A DNA stretch of 64,000 nt from NCBI GenBank assembly GCA_976551045.1, contig CDPCPM010000402.1, positions 1,116,001 to 1,180,000 of the forward strand, in the 5' to 3' direction. The DNA is from Glaucostegus cemiculus. Lineage: Eukaryota. This document shows positions 24,605 through 35,868 of this stretch, in pieces. The position numbers were made by a program, and so were the translations under genes. The notes under the pieces were generated by a model. That model saw only the letters and a program-made list of their open reading frames with translations. It had not been told where the DNA came from and made no database searches. Each line of letters begins with the position of its first letter. Positions within the stretch are counted from its first letter, which is position 1.

Positions 24605-24822
24605 GGCCGAGGGAGCGCCGCGCCGGCGGGGGGGGGGAGGGGAGGCCGAGGGAGCGCCGCGCCGGCGGGGGGGGGGAGGGGAGGCCGAGGGAGCGCCGCG
24701 CCGGCGGGGGGGGGGACCGAGGGAGCGCCGCGCCGGCGGGGGGGGGGAGGGGAGGCCGAGGGAGCGCCGCGCCGGCGGGGGGGGGGGGGAGGGGAGGCCG
24801 AGGGAGCGCCGCGCCGGCGGGA
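24605..24822. repeat. About 40-bp G-rich minisatellite (GGCCGAGGGAGCGCCGCGCCGGC-G(n)-AGGGGA), about 5.5 copies
   Basis: Unit read directly; poly-G run length varies between copies. Confidence 0.9.
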
Positions 24823-24867
24823 ATGTTAAAGGTCCCGCGGTGCTCCCGTGAAGTTCTCGGCTCCGCC

Positions 24868-24899
24868 GTTGCCACGGTAACCAGCCGCTGCCTGGCAAC
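24868..24899. promoter_or_regulatory. Tandem RFX X-box motifs (GTTGCCACGGTAAC; GCTGCCTGGCAAC)
   Basis: Close matches to the X-box consensus GTNRCC(N0-3)RGYAAC; BBS genes are established RFX targets. Confidence 0.7.
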
Positions 24900-25064
24900 G
24901 TCACCCGACAACACGGTTCCGTTCCTCCGGGCCCCGCCCCGCCCCGAGCACCCCCCCCCCCCGACCTCACGGATACCCCCGGGCCGCCCCCCGGACCCGC
25001 TCCCCCGGCCCCGCTCCCCCGGGCCCCGGCCCCGAGCCCCACCCCCGGGCCCCGCTCCCCCGAG

Positions 25065-25109
25065 CCCCGGCCCCCGGCCCCCGGCCCCCGGCCCCCGGCC
25101 CCCGGCCCC
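25065..25109 (-). repeat. (GGGGGCC)n heptamer repeat directly after the first BBS4 splice donor
   Basis: Five perfect CCCCCGG units at 25071-25105 plus partial flanking units. Confidence 0.9.
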
Positions 25110-25115
25110 ACTCAC

Positions 25116-25200
25116 GCCTCAGTCCCGAGCCGCCATCTCACTGCGCGATACTCATCCGGGCCTTCCCGCAGCCCTGGCCTCTGTGTGACGTAAGCTCGTT
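25116..25200 (-). other. BBS4: Probable non-coding first exon of BBS4 (5' boundary unknown)
   Basis: Donor GGC/GTGAGT at 25116/25115 inside the CpG island; YY1-like GATGGCGGC motif; both ATGs are closed by in-frame TGA. Confidence 0.6.
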
Positions 25201-25228
25201 TTACGTGGTGCGCCTGTCAGCGGGTGCC

Positions 25229-25323
25229 GTAACCAGGGGAACCGTTCGCCTGGCTCCGGGGTAGTGGTCAGCGTGCGCCGCGTCCTCGGGCACCGTAACC
25301 ATGGGCACCGTAACCATGGGCAC
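25229..25323. promoter_or_regulatory. X-box-like motifs upstream of BBS4 (GTAACCAGGGGAAC; GTAACCATGGGCAC twice in a 15-bp duplication)
   Basis: Imperfect matches to the RFX palindrome at 25229-25242, 25295-25308 and 25310-25323; CRE-like TGACGTAA at 25186-25193. Confidence 0.45.
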
Positions 25324-26629
25324 CGTGCGCCGGCTGCGGAGAGCTGGGTGAACCACGCAGACCGGGGACATCAGAGCCCGGGGTTGACTGGAGAGCGCGG
25401 CTCTGCAGGACCCGTCATTGCAGCCGCGGCCCCGCTCACTCTCCCGGTGGCCGCCGCCCGCCGGCGCCGGCGGGTCAGCCAAGCGCCCGTAGTTAGCGGG
25501 ACGATGCCGGCAGGTGACTGAGCCCGGCTGAGGGGCAGGTTCCTCGGGCGCCTGCATCCAGGGCAGTGCAAACGGCACCGGCAATGACTCCCTCTCATTT
25601 CTCCAAGTGCGTGAACCACAATCATCCCAAAGCGAGAGGGGGAAGGTTCCCAGCAGCTCAGAAGCTTTGCTCCATTTTGCAGATGATTTAACGAGGAAGA
25701 CAAACCTTAATTTCGGATTTGTTTTGAAATGGGTCACTTGCTGACGCGTGAGAAGTGGAACCAAGAACAGGAAATTAGGTGGAAATTTATGCAACGTTAT
25801 AAGTTTTATGGCAACTGCTTTGCAGTGACCCCAATTCCAATCTAGTTTCCCCTTCTCATTACGAAAAAAAAATTCCCTCTGCTCCCCAGCAGCAGATAAT
25901 GTGGAGGTGAAGCCATTTCCGCCTCGGAAAAAGGTATCTATGTTCTATAGAAGGTTATGGGTAAGCCTAATAGTGTGGGGACATGTTCGGCACAGCTTTA
26001 TGGGCCGAAGGGCCTGAATTGTGCTGTAGGTATCGATGTTCTAAAGTACAACTGACTGATCTACTTGGAAAGTAGATGACTTCCCCAGTGTAAGAACCTG
26101 GAAAGATTCAACCTTCGGAATTACATGCTGGGATAATTGTAAATGTTTACTTACAGAAGTCAGTCCTTTTGATTCTAATCCCACACAAGCATGCACTATC
26201 ACTCACACCAAACATTACTGGCTGTGCTCACAGGGCAATCTCTGTCCCCTGCTTTTGAAAAGAATTTGCTTTTAATGCATTCCATAACACAAGTCTTTGA
26301 CCAAGATTTGTCGCTGCTCCTAATATCTCCTTCTCAAGAACACCACAGAAAGTGAATGCCACTTTTCCCTGATTCTACCTTTGCTGTTTGAAAGGTGTTC
26401 CGTTACAGCAGACTGCCACTGAAGTGTAATGAGGATTAGGAAAGATCACTTAGAAATCAATATATTCAGAAGGCTCTAATACTTGAGTAAGCATGATTAT
26501 CTAACATTTCCAAAACTCATCTTTCCAACCTTCTCTACATCTTTGGACAGCAGAGATTTTATCTTTGCATTCTAAAGTTGATGTGAATGAGAAATTGAAA
26601 TTCAGTACAATTAGAAAACATTTGTTCCT

Positions 26630-29174
26630 TATTTGTCAAAAGTGCATTTATTGGGTTTAAAGTTTCACTGTGCTGGTGCCAAATGCACATGTCCTTAGAA
26701 CAGTATTTCTTGGACCAGAACAGTGTGATGCATTAATCCCATATGATAATCATTCAGTAACTGTTCTGACCTGGATGAAAGGAGGACACATACAAACGGT
26801 GGAATGGAAATGGATTTGCAGCGTTGTCAGTCCCACCACCCCAAATCAGAAGTTCATCCTCTATATTGACAGAACAGGCTTAAAGTGAGGTGTTCAGAAA
26901 AAGAGATTCCCCCCACAGAACCTATTGGCTCAGACAATGAGCTGAATGGCTTTCTTGTGTGTTATAAATTTTCTATGATTCCTATCAGCTATTTGTCACT
27001 CCAGTGCTTAATGCTGTATTACCATCAGGTTACCTACACTACTTAAAAGTCCTAGGTTGATTAACCTGTTATAGCACTGTGAAACAACAGGAAACACAGC
27101 ACATCATGTATCCTTCTATACTGTACCTACAGATGGCAAATGAAAGTGCCACAAGTGACCAGGGCTTAAAGTCACAAACTGTGCATTCAATTTGGGATAC
27201 TTTGTTCAGTTTTCAGTTTCTAAGCAACCTGCTGAGTTTTACATGAAGTGGGCATTGCATTTGGTACCTACAAGTGAGCTATGCAATTGTTTCCTGCTGG
27301 GTTTGCAATGACAATGCTAAGCTCATGGGTCTCCATTTGCCAACCAGTCATTGTTATTTACCAGGACCTCAGGTTGTTTTCCTTTCTCCTGCTGTGTGAG
27401 TACAGGACTGGTTTCTAACAGGATTGTAATTTCTCTTCAAGTGGGCAACCACACAAATGGCAGCTGAGATATCCTAGTTAGCATTCTAGGCACTGATGAG
27501 AGAGTATGTGTGTGAGACAGAGAGAAAAGCCCACTTGCACACATCACTGCAAAGGTAGCGGTAATGTTGGCATGCAGAACAGCCAATGCTGTGAACTCCC
27601 AGTCAAATCCACAATTGATTCAAACCTTTCCTGGTTATAGAAGAATTCACAGAGCAAAAGAAAAATGATTCACAATTTGCTCAGACAATCTGTGTCAATG
27701 AGATACATATGGTGCCATGCTTGTTCATTGTGCTTTTGCCCTGCTCAACAATGAGCCCCACCTCAAGCACTGGAAGCCACGCAAGGAATACCCAAATTAA
27801 ACCTTTATCGTCAGTAAATGCTTTGCAGTATTCAAGCTTTACAACTGTGTAAGTTTGTCATGGATTCATCCATTACAGCTACAAATCTTTCATTGTTTGA
27901 GAATTCGACAACACATTGTCCCAGTGCAACAAAAGGAGAAACAAAAATAAAAGTTCCAATACTAGATCTTAATCTCAGACAAGTCTCTTTGAAATGTATC
28001 TTTATATAATTAAATGACAGAGTAGAATGGAACAACTACCCAATACCTGTAGCTTAGATTTGGTTGCCAGTTTGGGAACATAGCAGTCCACCAAGCAATG
28101 ATCCTTCAACCCTAACCTCTATACACTGGGATTGCAACACACAGGCAGAACACAGCAAGGACAGCAGCCATCATCACCCAGGGCGGTGGTGGTGTGTGGA
28201 GAGACAGGCTAGACACTGTTCTCTTCCAAATATTACATGTCTATACCACTCCTACTGTCTGACGAGATCTGTACAATTTTACGGGTATTTTTTTTATTTT
28301 TATACAGCAACAGAGAACATAGAAAGTACTGAGGGCTTCTGCCGAAGCTGGAGGTGACTGTCGTTAGCTGTAGCAGGGTAGAAAAGCAATGAGAAAAAGG
28401 GGGAAAAGAGGTGAACATTAGGGAAACCCAACAGCACCAGGACTCAGCTTGAGTCTACAACTAGTACTATGGAAAATTACATGGTAAAAACTTGCTTTTC
28501 ATTTTAAAAGGGGAAGGACAAAGAGCAGAAAATTCAATCCACATTCCACTAACAGCGCTGAGGTCAAAGGTTAGCAAACCTAAAGAAACTGCACAGCAAA
28601 TATACATATTCTTGAAGGTTTTTAAAGAATAAATATTTTTTTGTAATTAAACATTATGCAAACACGTGCCACACTTGCTCTCGCTCAACCATGCATATGC
28701 GCTATATACAATTTGAAAAATACTGTGTCCTCCTTTTAAAAGTCATATACAAAGGTAACCCCCAGAGCGCTGCCTTACATTAGCCAATCAACATTCACAA
28801 ACAGGGAACCTACATACAATTAATGTCTGGCTGGAAAAGAGGAGCCAGGTCAAAACAGTTTCAGTTCAATTACTACACACAGAGAAAATTAATAAATGAA
28901 AGGAAACAGAATATGGTTCAGCTCTCAGAATGTAGCTACATTACAGATTAAAGCTGGAGGGTTTTTAGTGTGTCACACCCTTCATCCACTTACAATACTG
29001 TTGTACATTTTGTGGTTTTTATCTACTTTTTTATTACAATATAATTTACTTAAACTTTCCATTAACAAAAAGTAGGGTAGAACTCCAGCAGTGTCTGCAA
29101 GGGCCTGTACCGCCCACTTTATTTGCATCAGCACTCTGTTGCTAACGGGTTGACAGTTCATTGCAAGCCAAGCC
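26630..29174 (-). other. ARIH1: ARIH1 3'UTR (extent inferred), candidate AATAAA signals at 29118-29123, 29030-29035 and 26647-26652
   Basis: Follows the stop codon, is largely free of repeats and is U-rich on the minus strand; the true end cannot be fixed from sequence. Confidence 0.55.
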
Positions 29175-29259
29175 TCAGTCCTCGATATACTCCCAAAGGT
29201 CTTTCTCATAGCCTTCATGCACATGCTGTAGCAACACCTTCCTCCGGCTCTCACAGTAT
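29175..29259 (-). CDS. ARIH1: ARIH1 last coding exon (exon 14 equivalent)
   Basis: (R)[27 protein letters not shown]-stop, the ARIH1 C-terminus. Confidence 0.97.
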
Positions 29260-29544
29260 CTGATAAAGGGAACAGACAGTTAGTTTAAACTTATAAACAA
29301 TGCACAGCAGTTACTTTTCAGGTGGGAATCTTAGAGTTTGTTTGGTCAGGAAAAAGTCTCTTTACACTGGATTGCATAAACATGCTCTGGAACACAAAGT
29401 CTGAAGTCAATCAGCAGAAGCAATGTAGAGAGTTTCAAGACTGCCCCAAAGACATGTTAAAACTTTGGGTTAGGGTCAGGGTAGAAAGTACTTCAGATTA
29501 TATATGGATCCTTCCAGACTTCAGATATGTTGAAGTTGTAGTCA

Positions 29545-30030
29545 GTGGTATGGCACAGAAACAGGCTCTTTAGCCCACCAGATCCATGCTAACCATCAAA
29601 TATTGATCTGGAATAATCCCATTTACCATCACGTCTATGCCTAGGTGATTCAAGTGCTCGTCTGGATACATGTTCAACATTACGAGTCTGTCTCTACCAC
29701 CTCCTCAAGCTATATTCCAGATTCCAAACACACACTGAATGAAGAAGTTTTCCTTAATTCCCCTCTAAACCTCTTACACATTCTAAACCTATGTCCTTTA
29801 GCTTCAGACACCTCTGCAATGGGAGAAGGTTCTCACTATCTACTCTAAGTAAGCTCCTCAATTTTGTATACCACTATCAGGTTCCCCCCTCAGTCTCCTC
29901 CATTACAATTAAAATAAACCCAGCCTATCCAGTGTCTCTTCACAACTGAATGCACCATTCCAGGCAACATCCAGGTGAACCTCCTCTGTATCCTATCCAG
30001 TGTAGTCATGTATGCCCTATTGAATATTCA
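29545..30030 (-). mobile_element. CR1 LINE 3' fragment
   Basis: Reverse of a CR1 C-terminus and tail (GGCACAGAAACAGGC...CCCCTCTAAACCTC...CCAGGCAACATCC). Confidence 0.7.
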
Positions 30031-31359
30031 ACAATACAAGATCAACACCAAATATGAAATGACAAAATAAAAGGTTACAGATTAGACTGATGATGCAAAA
30101 TGGTAGGTTAATACTAATAAGCAAAGCATATTTGGAAGACATATCCCAGGTTAAAAACAATGGTTTTATATTAAATGGCCCCAGTTACCCTAATGGAACT
30201 AATTGAGATATATTAAAAAATCCAAGATTAAGTGTTAAAACTGCTAGCATCATTTGATGAACATTATGAAAATTAGAGCAAAAATTGTACAACTTCATTA
30301 CTGTAAATGTACTCTACTGTGAAGCACATTGGGCAGGGTAATCAGATTTACACCAAGTATGGATCCAGCTATTTAAAGAATAGGTTTAACTCCTGCTTAA
30401 ATCAAGTGCTTTGCAACTCCAGCACAAACATCAGAAGCTGCAGGGACACAGACAGGAGCAATGTTGATTCACTAGGCTCTGCTTAGTTGTATTGCCCAAT
30501 TCCTAAAACTGAAGTTATGAATCCCATTCTATTCTAAACTGTAACGATAGATGCCTATGCTGGAGGAGGCCAGGGGCCTTGCCTGCCCAACCAGCCAATT
30601 CAGGGAGGGCTCTGCACAAAAGTTCTGTCAGCATCATTGTTCCCCATCCCACAGTTCCCAAGCCAGATCAAATGGTCATTGAACTCAGTATTTCTGTATG
30701 TGAAATGGATGGTACAGTAATTTACTGTATCTGAAGCATTTTGAAATATTTGAGAGAGGAATGTTTAAATGCAAATCTTGCTTTACGCATGCAGATGGAC
30801 AGTAACCACCTGAGCCAAGACTGACTCAAGCTTATATGCCTGGGAGGCAATCTTTCAGGTCACAAAATGTAAGATAGGTTGAAATCTTGCAAAGGACAAA
30901 TGATTTTCATTTATAAAGTCACCATGTTTCAAACCTACATGCTATAACTTGAAGAACCTGCAGGATAACATCACTAATAGGTCAGTGTTTTATTCAGTAG
31001 TTTTCAATGGGCTGCATGAGTCAAGAACAATCTATTTTTGCTTCTAGGATAAAAATATCATTCTTTGCAGTAAGGGACTTGAGATGGAAAGTTTGCAAAG
31101 CTGTTTCACCCCTGGTCCTGCCCCACTTTTTTTTTAAATTAAAGTGGAAGCTCCATATCAGTCCACTCATTCATTGGGAAAAATAACTGCATGCATATGG
31201 TTATTTTAAATTATTTGTAATTGTATGCAACACATGTACATGAACATACTGGATCATGTACATTCCAGAATACCAAGTTAATACCCACTTCCTGTGTGTT
31301 CTGGTATGGGGATTGAGAAGACATTTGTTAGAAACATTGCTATATTCATACCAATTTAC

Positions 31360-31472
31360 CTGTACTTGTCTTGTACTTTTTGTTTGATGTCCTGCAAGGA
31401 GTCCTGGGATATGTCCCTCTCCAGATAGCCAGACAGCACTTCTGTTGCATTCTCCAAGTCTGCCTGATTGTT
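31360..31472 (-). CDS. ARIH1: ARIH1 coding exon (exon 13 equivalent, 113 nt)
   Basis: [37 protein letters not shown](R); ccccag/GTAAAT. Confidence 0.97.
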
Positions 31473-31729
31473 CTGGGGAGAGGAGCACATGTTTCATAGA
31501 TCAAGTGTCCCTGCACTGCGTAGGTATTCTGATTCTGCCAAGGGTTTGTAATAGCAAATTGCCAAATTAAACTCCCTTAAATTGACAAATTGCTAAACTA
31601 CAAAGAGCACTCAGTCCACATGGCTAATTGACAGTAGTTAACTTAGTGGCCCATGCCTGTCTAATTGGCAGAATGTGGACTGAGTCGAACATTTGGTTAT
31701 ATCCAGTGTAAACTAACTTGTAATGGGGT

Positions 31730-32160
31730 CCTAATGTGGGGTCTTAATCTGAAATGTCGGCAATTTGTATTCTCTCCCCCCCCCCCCCCGCCCCACCCAC
31801 CCCAATAGGGACTGCTTGGCTCACCGAGTTCCTACAGCACTTTTTTTTGCTTCAGATTCCAGCACCTGTGGTCTCTTATGTCTCTACCTTTTAATTGTAT
31901 TGTGTGGGTCACAGGATGGAGGTGTTATTAACTGTGACACATGAATCAATTTGAAGGTGAAAGATTCAATCATAAGATTAAGCAGGCTTGTTCCTCAAAC
32001 CATACCTGCAGTGGAGCAAAAACAAAATACTGCAGGTGTTGGAAGCACACAGACTGGGCAGCATTTATGGAGAGAAAACCATTTAACATTTCAGGTTGGT
32101 GAAAAGTAATCAGTCTGAATCATTAACTTTGTTTCTCTCAACAGGTGATACTTGATAGAT
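31730..32160. mobile_element. Two Penelope-terminal remnants (plus-strand copy about 31730-31885; palindromic copy about 32020-32150)
   Basis: GGGTCTT..CTGAAATGTC...CAGATTCCAGCACCTG; inverted GAGAGAAA..TTAA and TTAA..TTTCTCTC arms. Confidence 0.5.
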
Positions 32161-32439
32161 CGTGCAAAATAGGGATTTGCAGGATTCCGACCCAGTTATG
32201 ACCTGCTAGTTGTACACTGTCAGAGCGCCATGGCGAGGCAGGAGAAATCTGAGATGATGTTTCTAAGCATCAGTCTATGGAGCTGGGAGACTATGGAGGA
32301 AGAAATTTTAATTCTAAAAGGCATATTGAAGATGGTAAATATCCCAATGTGTCAAGACCTTGCCCAGTGTCTTTGCGATGCTATCATGACAACAAGAACA
32401 TCTGTTCAAATTAAAAGCAGTTCTCTCTGTAACAGCAAC

Positions 32440-33480
32440 TCAGTGCATTGCAAGGTCACCCAGAAATGTGCTTGTCAGATGAATTTTCCACAGTCCCATT
32501 TACAGAGGACAATACCTATCAACGACAAAAGCCAGGGTGGTTGCCATGGAATGACATACAATATTGCATAGTTTGTTGAAGTGGGCAGGGCAGAATGAGA
32601 GAGCATACAGAATCCCGGCTTTATAAATAGAGTCATAGATACAAGAACAAAGAAGTCACAATGAACATTTATAATACAATGGTTCAGCCAGAACAGGAAT
32701 GATTTTAAGGTTTTAGGGATAAGAGTATGGAAGGGGTTTACTAAAATGATTCCAGAGAGGATGACCTTAATTATTTGGAATGACTGGAGGAGCTGGGTCT
32801 GTTCTCCTTGGAATATAGGAACTGCTAGAAAATCAATCAGGGCCATCAGTTTATTAGGAAAGTGGTAGCATAGCTGTTAATGTAACACTATTACAGCGCC
32901 AGCGATCGGGGATCGATTCCGCTGCTGTCTGTGAGGAGTTTGTATGTTCTCCCCATGACTGTGTGGGTTTCCTCTCACATTCCAAAGACATATGGGTTAG
33001 TAGGTTAACATGGGTGTAATTGGGTGGCATGGACTCATTGGGTCAAGGGGCCTGTTAACGTGCTGTATAAATAAAGTTTTCTTTAAAAAAAATAAGTAGA
33101 ATCACCAGAATCACGAAATGGTAACTGCACAAGGGGAGCCCAGTGAGCCCAACCATATGGATAGAAATGGTGCCCATTGGCAAAAGGATCAAATACCAGG
33201 GGCTGAGAAGGGAGGTGATTAGTAAAAGGAACAAAGTGACACGAGGAAGAATATTTTTCTTTCAACACAACAAGTGGGTGGGGTTTGGATTGCACTGCCA
33301 GGGATGCCACAGTCAACTGTAACAGTCAAAAAGATGGTTAAGTAGCTGAAAGAAAAGGATTTGTGGGCTATAAGGAGAGCACATGGGGACTGGGACACAC
33401 TAGATTACTCATATGTATAACTGATCCATGGCCAATGGGCAAATGGTCTCCTTTTGTACAGACCCATTCTACAATTATGG
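32440..33480 (+). mobile_element. Degraded CR1 fragment interrupted by a SINE
   Basis: CR1-like segments at about 32440-32850 and 33140-33480. Confidence 0.55.
32860..33080 (+). mobile_element. tRNA-derived SINE (same head as 5348-5648) with CR1-like tail
   Basis: ACACTATTACAGCGCCAGC..GATCGATTCC..GCTGTCTGTGAGGAGTTTGTATGTTCTCCCC; tail ATGGACTCATTGGGTCAAGGGGCCTGTT..GTGCTGTA. Confidence 0.7.
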
Positions 33481-34489
33481 TGGTCCTATTTGTCCCACCA
33501 TTATCCTTATAAAACAGAGCCCTGACTGATTTGCCCATTAGTGCCCTTCAAGATCCTAGCATCAGGAACAGAATCTCACTAAATCTTGCACAACTATTGG
33601 AAATATTCAACACGGACCTGCCAAGATTATGATCATAAAGTTTGCATGAAGGCCCTGGACAAAATGATCATGGTGGACATCACAGCCACTGATACATCTG
33701 TGTAACACTGAAAAAATAAACTTAGTAACCCAAAAAGGGGAGAGAACAGCAACTTCATTCCTGCACCAGGAAATGTGGTGAATTGGAAATGGGCACCTTT
33801 GGCCCTGTGTTTACACTTGCCATTAGTACAGTTGCTAGTACACTCTAGGCTACTGAACCTGGGATAACAGAGACCAGTTGTTGAGCCACTGCCTACACCT
33901 CTCACCATGGGAGGAGTTTCTGAATGAAACTGCCACACTTTCAGGCTATACAGAAAGCACAGTAAAGGATTGATCATGTTAATCAGTCACAGAAGTGGTT
34001 CTCAGGAGATTCTGTTAATGTATTAAGGGGAGAGCATGCCAAAGGAACAATATTCCAGAAGGGCCAGAAATTAAACATATGGCTTCAACGGAAAACCATT
34101 TTCTGGCCACATGGCAGCAGCAGAAAAGGTTAATTAAAAACAACAGAGGAAGACAGAGAGAGGAGGTAATGCTTAAAAGTAATGGTAGAAATGGCTTTGT
34201 TATACGGTGACACAAGGTGCTTGCAAATGTTCTTCCATTCCCTGTAGGTTTTGTTGGCACTTTTGAATGAATTGAGTGAGGAGTAATTTGTGCTGAATCT
34301 GGCGCAAATATTCCTGTTGTTCTGATTGCGACTACTCACACAGGAGAGCAATAAGAACCCAAGTTTCTATATTCACACAATATGAATTTTACAATAGCCA
34401 AGCTGACCCTGAAAATGTTTTAACTGCATCACAACTTCTACTTTTTTTAAAAAAGAGTAACAGTTAACCATGGATTTTTGTTAGCAGGC

Positions 34490-35275
34490 TCAAGACAAGC
34501 CAAGAAAGCACACCAGCTCTACTTCCTCAGAAGGCCAAGGAAATTCGACACATCCTCGATGACCCTCACCAATTTTCACAGGTGCACCATAGAACCCATC
34601 CTATCTGGATGCATCTGGTATGGCAACTGCTCTGCCCAAGACTGCAAGAAATTGCAGAGCGTTGTGAATACGCCCAGTCTGTCACAAAAACCAGCTCCCC
34701 CTCTATCAACTCTGCCTACACTTCTCGCTACCTCGGGAAAGCAGACAACATAATCAAAGACCCCTCCCACCCAGTCATTCTATCTTCAGAAGATAGAAAA
34801 GCTTAAAAACACATCACCAGGCTCAAGGATAGCTTCTATCACACTGTTGTAACACCCCAGATCAGACCGCTTGTACGATAAAGATGAACTCGATGTCTCA
34901 ATCTACCTCATCATGTCCCTCACACTTTATTTGCCTGCACAGCCTCTAACTGTAACACTGTATTCTGCACTTGGTTATTGCTTTTCCCTTTGTGCTACCT
35001 CAATGTACTTGTGCTTGGAATGATCTGTCTGAATGATGTGCAAAACAAAGTTTTTCACTGTAAATTGGTACATGGACTCAGCCTTACAATCTACCTCGTT
35101 ATGACCTTGCATCTTATTGTCCACCTGCACTGCACTTTCTCTGTAACTGTAACATTTCTGCATTCTGTTTTACCTTGTATTACATCAAAGTAATGAATTG
35201 ATCTGTACAAACGGTATGCAAGACAAATTTTTCACTGTACCTCGGTACATGTGACAATATTAAACTAATTACCCA
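34490..35275 (+). mobile_element. Rex1/Babar LINE 3' fragment with a duplicated 3'UTR
   Basis: AKKAHQLYFLRR...LTNFHRCTIEPILSGCI; the AATCTACCTC...TTTTTCACTGTA..GGTACATG block occurs twice. Confidence 0.8.
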
Positions 35276-35316
35276 TTAAACAACAATTTGAACCTTTGTG
35301 TGGAAATAGGGCATAC

Positions 35317-35577
35317 CTCAAAGATAATGGACTGGTTGTTCTTTCTGAGGTAGAAAGCAAAGACATAAGTGTACATTAGTGTGGCGCGACACTGGCAGAG
35401 GACATCCACAGCTTTTTTCAGGAATTGCACCTCAATCCAAGACATATTGTGTTGTTGCATCTCTTCCATCTTCTGCTTGACTTGGGCATACAGCTTGTGC
35501 TCGAACCGCAGACTTTGCATGTGATTCATGTAGCGGTTGCAGTAGAAGAGATACCGCTGGAGAGCTGCTCGAGAGCG
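35317..35577 (-). CDS. ARIH1: ARIH1 coding exon (exon 12 equivalent, 261 nt, Ariadne domain)
   Basis: [87 protein letters not shown]. Confidence 0.98.
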
Positions 35578-35868
35578 CTGTCACAGAAACATACAGGAGA
35601 GATACTCAGGTGCTGGGAAAAATTATTTTCAATCATTGCTTGTGTTCAGTCAAGTAAACCAGATTATATTCCTGTACAGTCCATATCCTTCCACTTATCA
35701 GATTTTCATCTAAAAGTGACAATTAAGTATTTCAACAGAAATTAGAGCCAGGTGATAAAGATGAATTGAACATGTTATATCATCAGGTGCCATCCAACAC
35801 TGTCAGCTTCACTGTTGAAATATAGAGTGGTATTCAAAAATGAAGAAAAACTGCAAATCAGAAATAAC

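Larger units (their letters stand above)
24371..25580. promoter_or_regulatory. CpG island / BBS4 promoter and start of first intron
   Basis: Abrupt very high GC and CpG density against an AT-rich background, at the 5' end of BBS4. Confidence 0.88.

Noticed and set aside
25116-25136. ATGGCGGCT as the BBS4 start codon
   Set aside because: In-frame TGA at codon 6 before the donor; treated as a uORF.
24336-25794. Long Gly/Pro/Arg-rich ORFs on both strands
   Set aside because: Explained by stop-poor GC-rich repeats and the CpG island; no recognisable protein.
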